Shown: positions 7,482 to 16,568, counted from the stretch's first letter. The stretch: 16,713 nt of DNA from an uncultured Myxococcales bacterium (GCA_964013405.1 CAXGWI010000073.1:1-16713), one strand, 5' to 3'. The notes: generated from the letters alone by a model not told the origin. Made by a program: numbers and translations.

Positions 7482-8867
7482 TCACTCAACCAAAGCGTTA
7501 TGGGCTCCGCCACTGCGCATGGCGTGGAGCGCATCGTATGCTGCCTGCTTATACAACACCGATAAACTGGGCAGGTTGAACACGAAGCGAATGAGATGCT
7601 CTACCGGCTGCTCCGCGGTGATGGCCATGGCAGCGATGTGGATCAATTCGGTGGCTTGCTGACCGATCAGCGTGGCCCCCAGCAAGCGATGGCTTTCCCG
7701 GTCGACCACCAAACGGACTTCGCCATTTTCGTCGCCGAGCATGGCCGCCCGCACGCTGTGGTGATAGCCGGCCCGGCCGACCACCGGGTCGAAGCCCTGC
7801 TCCCTCGCCTCTCGACAGGTCAGGCCCACCGTCGAAACCTCGGGAATGGTAAAAATACCGTAGGGGAAAAGGTCCGCCATCGGCCCCCGGTCATCACCAC
7901 AGAGATGGGCCGTGGCCACTCGCCCTTGCTCCATCGAGACGGAACCAAGACTTGGGAAACCCACCACATCCCCAGCGGCATAGATGTGAGCTTGGCTGGT
8001 GCGCATAAACTCGTCGACGGGGATGTTGCCCCCTTCGTCCACTTCGACCCCTGCGAGGTCGAGCCCCAAACCCGAGCTGTTCGGAACCCGCCCAAGGGCT
8101 GAAAAACAAAGATCTGCGGGAACCAGCGTACCGTCGTCGGTGGTCACAGTGATCCCAGCCGGCGAACGTTGAACACCCGAAAAACGCGTATCGTGGCGAA
8201 TCACCATGCCACCGGCACACAAGATGCTCTCAAGACGATCGCTCACCGCCGGCTCAAGGAAGCCAAGCAAGCGATCCCGGCTATTGAGCAGGGTGACCTG
8301 CACCCCGAGAGCCTGAAAAATACTGGCATATTCGCAACCGATCACTCCACCACCAAGGACGACCATGGTCTGGGGAATGGCCGGCAGGTGCAGGATCGTA
8401 TCGGAATCGTGAATCAACTGCCCGTCGGGTTCGATTCCCGGCAAGGTCCGGGGTCGAGAGCCCGTGCTCACCAAAAATGCCTTCGCCTCGATGACGACAC
8501 CATCCACATCAAGGCGGTGAGGGTCGAGAAAACGAGCATGGCCCACCATCCGGGCGATGCCATGGTTGCGAAAGCTCTTCTCGATCTTCTCCCGCCAACG
8601 GGTGACGAGTCGGCGCTCAAGAGCCATCAGGTCGCGAATGTTGGTGGTGGTGGAAAAGTGACCATGGAGGCCCCTTTGACGGCCTCCAGCCAGATACAGG
8701 GCGCTCTCTCGCAAGGTTTTCGAAGGGATCGTCCCCGTGTTCACCCACGCGCCCCCGGCCGGGCCTTTATCTACAACACAGACGGACTTCCCCAAGTAAG
8801 CTGCTTGGGCTGCTCCCTTTTCGCCGGCGGGGCCGCTGCCGATCACGACGAGGTCGTAGGTCGCCAT
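7482..8867 (-). CDS. sthA: soluble pyridine nucleotide transhydrogenase (Si-specific NAD(P)+ transhydrogenase)-like flavoprotein
   Basis: YDLVVIGSGPAGEKGA, GTIPSKTLRE, GGGVIGCEYASIF, AAGDVVGFPSL.S.SMEQGR, PYGIFTIPE.S, ATELIHI. RBS AGAGGAGA precedes ATG 8867; the longer ORF call runs into the upstream gene. Confidence 0.88.
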   Translation of the reverse strand: MATYDLVVIGSGPAGEKGAAQAAYLGKSVCVVDKGPAGGAWVNTGTIPSKTLRESALYLAGGRQRGLHGHFSTTTNIRDLMALERRLVTRWREKIEKSFRNHGIARMVGHARFLDPHRLDVDGVVIEAKAFLVSTGSRPRTLPGIEPDGQLIHDSDTILHLPAIPQTMVVLGGGVIGCEYASIFQALGVQVTLLNSRDRLLGFLEPAVSDRLESILCAGGMVIRHDTRFSGVQRSPAGITVTTDDGTLVPADLCFSALGRVPNSSGLGLDLAGVEVDEGGNIPVDEFMRTSQAHIYAAGDVVGFPSLGSVSMEQGRVATAHLCGDDRGPMADLFPYGIFTIPEVSTVGLTCREAREQGFDPVVGRAGYHHSVRAAMLGDENGEVRLVVDRESHRLLGATLIGQQATELIHIAAMAITAEQPVEHLIRFVFNLPSLSVLYKQAAYDALHAMRSGGAHNALVE

Positions 8868-8877
8868 CACATCTCCT

Positions 8878-10386
8878 CTACACCACGGGGTTTTGGTAGG
8901 CGATGCCACCATCGGTGCCCATGGGTGCGCAGTCTTCACCGACCCGACCGTCGGGGAAATAGCCCAGGCTTTCAAATTCTCGGCGATAGTTGGCGAAACG
9001 CCCACCGGCCCGTTCCGCTCGCAGCACCGCCTCACCAACCCCAACACCACCCCGGGCAAGGACGGCCTCCACCCAGGCCCAACGGGTCGATACAGGGCGA
9101 AGATTAGCCCGTCCCTTGAGCGCCCGTCGCAGGCGCTTAAGGCGGCGGTCCGATTCCCGAATTCCAATAAATGGGGCGCTATAAAGAGGCGTGTTCCGTT
9201 TGGGGACCAAGATCGCCAGGCCGAGCGCCACTGGTAAAATAGTCGACAACTCGGTCATCTCCTGAGCCAGCGTCTCAATGTCTTCATCGGTCTCCGTGGG
9301 CAGGCCGAGCACCATGTAGACCTTCATCTGCATAAAGCCGACCGCCTTGCCGTCGCGCGCCACACGCTCCACATGAAGATCCTCGCTCTTTCGCTCGATC
9401 AAACGCCGCAATCGAGGGGAGGCGCCGTCGAGTCCAATCGTAAGAGATTTGTATCCAGCCTCTCGCAACAACTGCAGCAAGCGAGGCTTGAGTCGATCCG
9501 CTCGGAGCGAAGAGATTCCTACTCCCACTCCCCGTGCGACCAACGCCTCTAGGATCTGAGGCAGTTCAATGTGGTCGGTGACAGCAGCGCCGACCAAACC
9601 CACTCTGTTGACCCCTTCTGGAACCAACGAAAGTACGTGATCCGCAGCCAAGCGGCGCATGCCCCCGTTGGTACTGCGCCGCATCACACAATAAGTGCAT
9701 TGGCGACTACAGCCTCGCTCGGGTTCGATGAGGAACATCTCCCGCAACTCAGTCTCAGTGGCCACAATAGCACTGCGAGCGGGCAGCAAATGATGAGGGC
9801 TCTTCGCCACAGGCAAATGCTCGGGATTGCTCCCGTCTCCGGGTAAAACCACCCCTTCGAGCTCACTAAATGCCTCATCCCAACGGGCCTTCGGTTGTTC
9901 ATCAACAACCCGTAAGACCGGCCCGATCAAGGCTTCTCCTTCACCGCAAATGAGCACATCACAATAAGGAAGTAGAGGCGTCGGGTTGGAGAAAGTCAGG
10001 GGGCCACCGATCACGACCGGTGGATCATCCGGTCGCCGATCTCTGCGCAATGGCTCCAGCCCCATTCGGGTCAGCATTTGGACCACACCAGCAATTTCCA
10101 ACTCGTAAGAAACGGAAAATGCGATCGCATCTGGCCGGTCCATGGCTCCGCCAAGCTCATACACAAAGGGACGAGTACTGACCCCGCCCTCATCGACATC
10201 GTTAAAAGCCCGCAGGGCCGTCCAGCCTGGCTCTGCGAGAATCGCTCGATAGATTTGCTGGTAGCCCAGTGCACTCATGCCCACCCGATAAGGACTGGGA
10301 TAGGCCATCAAGCAGCGACGAGGAGCGTCAGACCATTCAAGAAAGCGCCGTTCACCGGCCAAGCGCCGGCGGGCTGCATCGCTCAA
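8878..10386 (-). CDS. radical SAM protein with N-terminal B12-binding-like domain, function unknown
   Basis: ERGCSRQCTYC (CxxxCxxC), YPSPYRVGMSALG, GGP..FSNP, ISSLRAD, YMVLGLPTET. The TTG start overlaps the dnaX stop (TTGA). Confidence 0.88.
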   Translation of the reverse strand: MSDAARRRLAGERRFLEWSDAPRRCLMAYPSPYRVGMSALGYQQIYRAILAEPGWTALRAFNDVDEGGVSTRPFVYELGGAMDRPDAIAFSVSYELEIAGVVQMLTRMGLEPLRRDRRPDDPPVVIGGPLTFSNPTPLLPYCDVLICGEGEALIGPVLRVVDEQPKARWDEAFSELEGVVLPGDGSNPEHLPVAKSPHHLLPARSAIVATETELREMFLIEPERGCSRQCTYCVMRRSTNGGMRRLAADHVLSLVPEGVNRVGLVGAAVTDHIELPQILEALVARGVGVGISSLRADRLKPRLLQLLREAGYKSLTIGLDGASPRLRRLIERKSEDLHVERVARDGKAVGFMQMKVYMVLGLPTETDEDIETLAQEMTELSTILPVALGLAILVPKRNTPLYSAPFIGIRESDRRLKRLRRALKGRANLRPVSTRWAWVEAVLARGGVGVGEAVLRAERAGGRFANYRREFESLGYFPDGRVGEDCAPMGTDGGIAYQNPVV

Positions 10387-12593
10387 GGAGCATCCTCAAT
10401 ACGGGCACCAAAAAGGTCCAAAATAGCCTGCGTCGTCTCATGCTCTCGCAGCTCCATCTGCTCGCGAAATACAGGGTCCTGGCTGCGCCGGAGTTTTTGC
10501 AGTCGGGCTCGAACGAGCTCCACCTCACCGGGCTGAGCAAGACGGGCGGACAGGGCCGTAATCTCCCCCTCAAGCTCCTTCGGCAGCCGGGCCTGAACCT
10601 GGTCCACTAAACCCTCTGTCTCGCTGACAAGGGTCAACTCACCGCCGATGAGGGTTAGGGGCGCAAAGGAGACCAACTGGCCAAACAGACCTTCGGGGAG
10701 TTGAGGCATGAGGGCCAACCACTTGTCCAACAAGTCGTCGTCGCTGCCCGAAGCCGTGGACGCGGGCGCCGGCAGAGCCGACGCCGCGGCCGGCGAGGAA
10801 GAGAACAAGCCAATACTGGGGCGCTCGTTGGACTCCGGACCGGTTTCTGCCTGAGGAGTTGGTGCCGCCTCGGCAGGTTCAGCGACCACCTCAGTGCTGG
10901 GCCCGACGCCTTCGCTCGCCATGGCTGGCGCCGAAGGCCTAGAAGGCTCCGAAGGCGCAGGAGGCTCCGAAGGCGCAGGAGGTTCTGAAGGTGCAGGAGG
11001 TTCTGAAGGTGCAGGAGGTTCTGAAGGTGCAGGAGGCTCTGAAGGTGCAGGAGGTTCTGAAGGTGCCGGTGCTGGGGTATCGAAGAGATCCTCCCCCGTC
11101 CCCTTGCTCGGCTCGACAAAAAGCCCACCAATTCGCAGCCCCCGCAGCGTGAACTCGCTCAGGGCCCGACTGACATCCCGCCGACTCGTCTCTTGGCGCA
11201 AAATCTTATGGAGGTCTTCGCTGACACGGCCGCGAATTTCATCGGCCTCAATGTGCAAGCCCGCAAGACTCAAGGTCGCGGCCAGGGGGGGGCTTGTGCG
11301 GTGCACCGACTGGAGAAAGCGCTGGATTCTTTGGTCGATCCGCGCCGGTGTGCGGGCCGGTCGCTGCGGCCGCGGCTTGGGGGCGGGGGTGGAGGGAGGC
11401 GCGGGCTTTGCCCCTTGTTGGGGGCGGGGCGTCGGGCTTGGGCCTTCGGTCGATGGCACGGCCCCACCGGCAGCCAGTCGGCTGAGAAGTTCTTCGAGGG
11501 GTTGGGCCTGTTGGGAGGCGGCCATCCGCAAGATCATGACCTCAAGCAACGAGCGGGGATGCCCACTTCGAGCCACCTCGTCGGCCGCGCTCAGCGCGAT
11601 GCGGAACCAACGGCGCAGGACCTCGGGGTCCAGACTCTCAGCCAGGTCGCACAATTGACGAAAGGCATCATCGTCTAACTGCAGAAGGTCCGCCGCCCCG
11701 TCCACCTCGCGGGCCAAACTCAGATTCCTGAGTTCTTCGACCAACGCATCGGCGAAGCGGCCCAGATCCCCACCCCGCTGGTGCAGACCGTCGATGGCCA
11801 TCAGGGCATCGGCCCTTCGGTTGTCGCGGATTTGACTGAGCAGTTCGAGGACCTGGCTTCGGTCCACGACGCCTAAGCACTCCGCGGCCAGCTCGGCCGA
11901 GAGCTCCTCTTCCACGTAGGCCAAGGCCTGTTCGAGAAGGGACAGCGCATCGCGCATTCCCCCATCGGCGGCGCCGGCCACCACCCGCAATGCGTCGGCC
12001 TGGGCGGCGATCTTCTCGGTCTCGCAGATGCGAGTCAAAGCCTCGACGATCTGCCGGCTCGGGATGCGTCGAAAGTCGTGGCGCTGGCAGCGACTGCGAA
12101 TGGTTTCGATGACCTTGTGGGGCTCGGTGGTTGCGAAGATGAAGTGAACCCGCTCAGGCGGTTCTTCCAAAAGTTTCAGAAGGGCATTGAAGGCCTGGTT
12201 TGTCAGCATATGGACTTCATCGATGATGAAGACTCGACACCGGCGGGCAGGACGAATTCGCGCCGTCTCTTGGAGCTCTCGAACGTGGTCGACACCATTG
12301 TGGCTGGCCCCGTCGATCTCTTGGACATCCATGGAGTGGCCCGCGCTGATCTCAGCACAAGCTGAACATTGATTGCAGGGGGTGGGGGTCGGGCCTTCCT
12401 CGCAGTTCAAGGCTTTCGCCAAAATTCGAGCTGCGCTGGTTTTGCCCACACCGCGGGGGCCACAAAAGAGGTAAGCATGGTGCACTTGGCTGCGCTTGAC
12501 CGCATTCGCGAGGGTCCGCCCCACCACCTCTTGACCCACCAAATCCGCAAACTGAGCGGGCCGATAAGTCCGTGCCAGCACCTTATAGCTCAA
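10383..12593 (-). CDS. dnaX: DNA polymerase III subunit tau/gamma
   Basis: SYKVLARTYRP, Walker A GPRGVGKTS, Zn module C..PCNQCSAC, EIDGAS, IIDEVHML, LLK.LEEPP, SRC, G.MRDALSLL; Pro-rich C-terminal linkers. Confidence 0.97.
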   Translation of the reverse strand: MSYKVLARTYRPAQFADLVGQEVVGRTLANAVKRSQVHHAYLFCGPRGVGKTSAARILAKALNCEEGPTPTPCNQCSACAEISAGHSMDVQEIDGASHNGVDHVRELQETARIRPARRCRVFIIDEVHMLTNQAFNALLKLLEEPPERVHFIFATTEPHKVIETIRSRCQRHDFRRIPSRQIVEALTRICETEKIAAQADALRVVAGAADGGMRDALSLLEQALAYVEEELSAELAAECLGVVDRSQVLELLSQIRDNRRADALMAIDGLHQRGGDLGRFADALVEELRNLSLAREVDGAADLLQLDDDAFRQLCDLAESLDPEVLRRWFRIALSAADEVARSGHPRSLLEVMILRMAASQQAQPLEELLSRLAAGGAVPSTEGPSPTPRPQQGAKPAPPSTPAPKPRPQRPARTPARIDQRIQRFLQSVHRTSPPLAATLSLAGLHIEADEIRGRVSEDLHKILRQETSRRDVSRALSEFTLRGLRIGGLFVEPSKGTGEDLFDTPAPAPSEPPAPSEPPAPSEPPAPSEPPAPSEPPAPSEPPAPSEPSRPSAPAMASEGVGPSTEVVAEPAEAAPTPQAETGPESNERPSIGLFSSSPAAASALPAPASTASGSDDDLLDKWLALMPQLPEGLFGQLVSFAPLTLIGGELTLVSETEGLVDQVQARLPKELEGEITALSARLAQPGEVELVRARLQKLRRSQDPVFREQMELREHETTQAILDLFGARIEDAP
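10944..11069 (-). repeat. 7 x 18-bp coding tandem repeat (PAPSEP) within dnaX
   Basis: Plus-strand unit AGGYTCYGAAGGYGCMGG starts at 10944, 10962, 10980, 10998, 11016, 11034 and 11052. Confidence 0.95.
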
Positions 12594-12711
12594 GGGTCTC
12601 TCCCGGGAACTGCCTGCGCACCAAACCGGGCCCGGCGAGCAAATGCAAGTAAAGCGGTTGCGGGCCTCGATGCGCTCCTTTAAGAGCCCCGGGTCCTAGG
12701 GGCTCTCTTGC

Positions 12712-12801
12712 GGAGAAGTGGCCGAGTGGTCGAAGGCGACGCACTCGAAATGCGTTAGGGATTCACGTCTCTCGAGGGTTCGAATCCCTCCTTCTCCTCC
12801 A
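12712..12801 (+). tRNA. tRNA-Ser(CGA)
   Basis: Acceptor GGAGAAG/CTTCTCC, anticodon arm ACGCA-CTCGAAA-TGCGT, long variable arm, GGTTCGAATCC, encoded CCA; discriminator is T. Confidence 0.95.
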
Positions 12802-12819
12802 GGGGCTCTTAGGATACGT

Positions 12820-12907
<88 letters not shown>

Positions 12908-12994
12908 GGTCGTTCCGTGACGGGTAACCCGTCAACCCCGCCAGGCCCGGAAGGGAGCAACGGTACTCGGGGAATCCGGGTGCGGGACGGCCAC
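12908..12994 (+). ncRNA. ffs: signal recognition particle RNA (small 4.5S type)
   Basis: Helix-8 motif CCGCCAGGCCCGGAAGGGAGCAACGG; terminal stem GGTCGTTCCGT/GCGGGACGGCC; followed by a T-tract. Ends are approximate. Confidence 0.92.
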
Positions 12995-13023
12995 TTTTTT
13001 TCTCGAAGCCCTTCGGGAGGGCT
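12995..13023. terminator. putative termination region between the converging ffs and RCC1-repeat genes
   Basis: T7 tract (12995-13001) after the SRP terminal stem, plus hairpin AGCCCT-TCGGG-AGGGCT (13007-13023). Confidence 0.4.
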
Positions 13024-13046
13024 CAGGCCAGCCACCTATCGATCGC

Positions 13047-15671
13047 CTAGGGTTCAGATATCGGTGCCGGAATGGGCACCGCCTCCGCATAGTCTGTCCG
13101 CTCGCTGGCATCACCCAACTGCCCCCAACTGTTCTCGCCCCAACAAAGGACTCGACCGCCGCTGGCTCCCTCTGCCTCAGGGGCACCAAGGGCACAGGAG
13201 AACCCCATACCCACTTGAACCTGGATCGGTTCGAAACCAGCGGGCAGAACCGGCTCTCGAGGCAACTCGCCCCCCTGCTGGTCCGCCGTGCCCAACTGCC
13301 CCGAAGGGTTATCTCCCCAACAAGCGATACCTTCCTCTCCAAGAGCACACATGTGGCCGGCAAAACCGGCCACTTGCCGATAACGATCGATCATTCCAAG
13401 TACGGCTGTCGGCTCAACGACCGTCTGGTTTCTCGCGGCGCCACCGCCAAAGAGCCCCCAGCCGGAGTCGCCCCAACAGAAGGCTTCCGTTCCACGGTAA
13501 GCACAGGAATACGCACTGAGGTCTGTCGAGCCTAAGGTTAAGCCCGAAAATGTGCCCGGACTGTCGATGAAGACCAGGCTCGGCGTGGTCACAATCTCCT
13601 CTTCCGAAGCACTCACCGCTTGGGAGAGGTTTCTTCCCCAGCAATACACGCCGCTGGCTGTAAGGGCGCACAAGTGACCGCCCGCTCCAGCAATCCCTTG
13701 GGCAGCAGGCAAGCCCTCAATCAATGTGGCTCCCTCCTCTGCGGGCACCAAACGAGTATGACCCAAACCCCGCCCACCATAACTATTGTAGCCCCAGCAT
13801 CGAATCCGGCCCAACGGGTCGAGGGCACAGCCGGTTGTTGAGCTCAGGGCAAAGTCAGTCACCTCGTCAAGACCAGGGACAGGCGCGGGCTCCCCATAGG
13901 TCAGCCGGCTGCCATCCTCCCGTAGGTAGGCTCTTCCGAGCCGATCACCTCCATTCAATCCCCAACACCAAACCTCTCGTCGGTCAGATGCCTCCGGCCC
14001 CCCATCGACCACCCGTAGCGCACAACTATGGGCATCGCTGAGTTGGAGAGACTCAACGCTATTAAGACCGACGACAGGCCTGGGTGACCGGATACTGGAG
14101 ACCAGTTCCTCCCCCTCTTGGGTGGGCATGACCTGATGCTCCGAATTTCGCCCCCAACAGACCACCGAGCCCCCCTGGTGAACCGCACATGCGTGGCTCG
14201 CTCCAGTAGCCACATGGGTCGCCGAATCGACCCCAATGACCGCCGTGGGAGTGGCGCTCCACGTGGGTGAAACGTTGGGACCGAGCACCCCTCCGAAGCC
14301 GGTCCCCCAACAAGCGACTTCTGCATTTTCCGTCAGGGCACAGGCATGTCGATCCGCTAACTCAATGGACTGAGCTCCCGATACGCCCACAACCTTTCGT
14401 GCTCTTGCGACGAAGGGCAAACCAGGGTCGCCGGTCTGAAGGTTAGAATTCGATCCCCAGCACCAGACCTCAGCCCGAACGATGGCACAGCTATAGCTAT
14501 ACCCACTGGCCACATCGCTGGCATCATCCAGGCCCTCAATGGCGACCGGAGTAGGGGTCCGCGCCACATCAACGCCTTCACCGAGCATGCCAAATCGAGA
14601 CAAGCCGGTGCAGTGGACACCGCCAGTCTCAAGAACCGCACACAGATTGTTACTCCCGAGGCTGACCTGACGAACGGTGCTCCCCATGGGCAGCACTCTT
14701 GCCTCTACAACGATCCCATTCCCAGCGATGGGGCCAAACTGCTCGTTGCTGTTATGCCCCCAACAAGCAAGCTCACCGGCAGCACCAACAGCGCAACTGG
14801 AACGGGGCCCAAGGCTGAGGTCCCGGCTGGCATCAATACCGGGAAGATGGACCGGCTCCCGGGCTTCCTCTGGGGCCGCTGACGTTAGCTGGGCATAACG
14901 ATTATCGCCCCAACACCGTAAGCCTGAACTTTCACTCCATGCACAGGCATGGCTCGCACCAGCCTCAATACGGCTCATACCCTCTAGGCTGGGCAAGCGA
15001 CGGACACCATGACGGCTCGCCTGGGAGCCACTGCCCAATTCGCCCTTCTTGTTCTCACCCCAACAAGAAACTCCCCCATCCTCATGAAGCGCACAGACAA
15101 ACTGGTTGCCAGCAGCCAAGGCCGCTATGGACTCCAGCCCGGGAACGGGGGCCGGGTCGCTGCGGGCTTGACGGGAGTCTTCGCCTAACTGTCCGACATT
15201 GTTGCTGCCCCAACAAAAGACCCTGCCGGTCTTTGCCAAGGCGCAGTTAAAATTGCTGCCTGTGACGACCTGCAGATAGCCTGCTCGGCGGCAATCGTTG
15301 CTACAGGCATCATCGTCGATCGAATTGCCATCCTCACACTCCTCGCCCCCGCCAACATGGACAAAGCCGTCACCGCAAACGGCATCCTGACAATTTTGTG
15401 GGCAGGCGTCGCGATCGTCCGTGTTGCCGTCGTCGCAGGCCTCGACGCCTTCATGGACCGCACCATCACCGCAGCGAGCTGTCGTACAATTGTTCAAACA
15501 ATCGTCGGTGTTGATGGAATTGCCATCATCGCAGGCCTCACCCAGTTGAAGGATGCCGTTACCGCAGATATCAGCGGCCGGATCGCTAACGATGAACATC
15601 GTTGGCAGAGGGTCAATGCAGGCCATGCCGCTGAAGACCCAAAGGCTGATAAGCGTCGTTCTTAAGACCAT
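13047..15671 (-). CDS. putative lipoprotein with 3 Myxococcus-type Cys-rich repeats and about 14 RCC1/BLIP-II-like repeats
   Basis: [18 protein letters not shown] lipobox-like N-terminus; three CGD/NG..E.CD/EDGN....D.C...C repeats; 14 CWG-type motifs (one CTG). Start uncertain; the ORF is open from 15746. Confidence 0.88.
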   Translation of the reverse strand: MVLRTTLISLWVFSGMACIDPLPTMFIVSDPAADICGNGILQLGEACDDGNSINTDDCLNNCTTARCGDGAVHEGVEACDDGNTDDRDACPQNCQDAVCGDGFVHVGGGEECEDGNSIDDDACSNDCRRAGYLQVVTGSNFNCALAKTGRVFCWGSNNVGQLGEDSRQARSDPAPVPGLESIAALAAGNQFVCALHEDGGVSCWGENKKGELGSGSQASRHGVRRLPSLEGMSRIEAGASHACAWSESSGLRCWGDNRYAQLTSAAPEEAREPVHLPGIDASRDLSLGPRSSCAVGAAGELACWGHNSNEQFGPIAGNGIVVEARVLPMGSTVRQVSLGSNNLCAVLETGGVHCTGLSRFGMLGEGVDVARTPTPVAIEGLDDASDVASGYSYSCAIVRAEVWCWGSNSNLQTGDPGLPFVARARKVVGVSGAQSIELADRHACALTENAEVACWGTGFGGVLGPNVSPTWSATPTAVIGVDSATHVATGASHACAVHQGGSVVCWGRNSEHQVMPTQEGEELVSSIRSPRPVVGLNSVESLQLSDAHSCALRVVDGGPEASDRREVWCWGLNGGDRLGRAYLREDGSRLTYGEPAPVPGLDEVTDFALSSTTGCALDPLGRIRCWGYNSYGGRGLGHTRLVPAEEGATLIEGLPAAQGIAGAGGHLCALTASGVYCWGRNLSQAVSASEEEIVTTPSLVFIDSPGTFSGLTLGSTDLSAYSCAYRGTEAFCWGDSGWGLFGGGAARNQTVVEPTAVLGMIDRYRQVAGFAGHMCALGEEGIACWGDNPSGQLGTADQQGGELPREPVLPAGFEPIQVQVGMGFSCALGAPEAEGASGGRVLCWGENSWGQLGDASERTDYAEAVPIPAPISEP

Positions 15672-15764
15672 CACAGGAGAAGGTTCCGATGGAAATGTGG
15701 TGGAGGCTCTACGGTATGTCAACTCACGGCAGTTGAACGACCCCAACCCACCGCACGAACGAAA

Positions 15765-16232
15765 TCATCGGCGCTCGCGCTGGCGACGAGCCCGAAAGAA
15801 TTCAGTCAGCAGTCGGGCTGCCTCGTCCCGGCGAGGACCTTCCGTCACCTCAAAGCAGTGATTCAAGCGGGGGTCACGACCAATACCATAAAGGGTATCG
15901 ACGGCCCCTGCTTTCGGATCACGGGTTGCGTACACCACCCGATCCACACGGCTGAGCACTGCCGCCCCGGCGCACATGGCGCAGGGCTCCAGCGTCACGT
16001 AAAGCGTCACGCCATTGAGTCGCCAACGGCCAAGCCGCTCACTGGCTTGGCGCAACGCATCGATCTCTGCATGTCCCATCGGGTTGTGATCGAGCTCCCG
16101 CGTGTTGGCTCCCTCGCCCACAATTTCACCCTCAAAAACGCAGAGTGCGCCGACGGGGACCTCCCCCTTCCCTGCAGCCTCGCGGGCGAGCTCCAAACAA
16201 CGATCCATGAATTGATCGTCCAACTCGTTCAC
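15765..16232 (-). CDS. tadA: tRNA adenosine(34) deaminase
   Basis: GEVPVGA, HAEI, WRL...TLYVTLEPCAMCAGA, DPKAGA, LNH, FF..RR; GTG 16232 preceded by GGGAGG. Confidence 0.96.
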   Translation of the reverse strand: MNELDDQFMDRCLELAREAAGKGEVPVGALCVFEGEIVGEGANTRELDHNPMGHAEIDALRQASERLGRWRLNGVTLYVTLEPCAMCAGAAVLSRVDRVVYATRDPKAGAVDTLYGIGRDPRLNHCFEVTEGPRRDEAARLLTEFFRARRQRERR

Positions 16233-16432
16233 AGCCCCTCCCGCCAGATGGGCACCTGCTCGAAGGGGGGGTTGCATAGGGCTGCCGCTGGGACCGTCGC
16301 GCCCTCCGCCGGGGTCTCGGCAAAAGCTCGAAGGCTACGGCGTTGCTTCAGCACCGCTTCAAAACGGGCCAGAGGCGCTTCGGCGCCAACACTGGGCACA
16401 TAGGGTTCATGGGGTAGCTTAGGACTCGTCAT
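16229..16432 (-). pseudogene. 67-aa remnant of a nitroreductase-family (iodotyrosine deiodinase-like) gene, apparently with an in-frame internal deletion
   Basis: Nitroreductase FMN-binding motif RRSLRAF..TP runs directly into PAEGATVP...PFEQV.IW, which resembles the bacterial IYD C-terminal tail. Its TGA overlaps the tadA GTG (GTGA). Confidence 0.55.
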
Positions 16433-16461
16433 GGTGAACGAAACGTTGGCCTGAACCTGAC

Positions 16462-16493
16462 AAAAAAGAAACACCGGAGCCGAAGCTCCGGTG
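16462..16493 (-). terminator. intrinsic terminator of the tRNA-Ser/tRNA-Arg transcript
   Basis: Minus strand CACCGGAGC-TTCG-GCTCCGGTG-TTTCTTTTTT: perfect 9-bp stem, UUCG loop, U-tract. Confidence 0.92.
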
Positions 16494-16568
16494 GCGCGCG
16501 AGGAGGGATTCGAACCCCCGACCAACAGGTTCGTAGCCTGGTACTCTATCCAGCTGAGCTACTCGCGC
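16492..16568 (-). tRNA. tRNA-Arg(ACG)
   Basis: 77 nt, GCGCGAGTAGCTCAGCTGGATAGAGTACCAGGCTACGAACCTGTTGGTCGGGGGTTCGAATCCCTCCTCGCGCGCCA. Confidence 0.97.

Noticed and set aside
969..9107. Long antisense ORFs (969-1778, 5096-5986, 8169-9107 and others)
   Set aside because: Shadow ORFs opposite well-supported genes, expected in GC-rich DNA.
8868..9167. 100-aa N-terminal extension of SthA
   Set aside because: Overlaps the radical SAM gene; homology and a strong RBS point to ATG 8867.
10655..11658. Repeat-containing alternative ORFs (LQNLLH and GAGGSE repeats)
   Set aside because: Other-frame readings of the dnaX 18-bp repeat.
12712..12801. tRNA-Sec or suppressor tRNA
   Set aside because: Anticodon is CGA with a normal 7-bp acceptor stem, not TCA with an extended stem.
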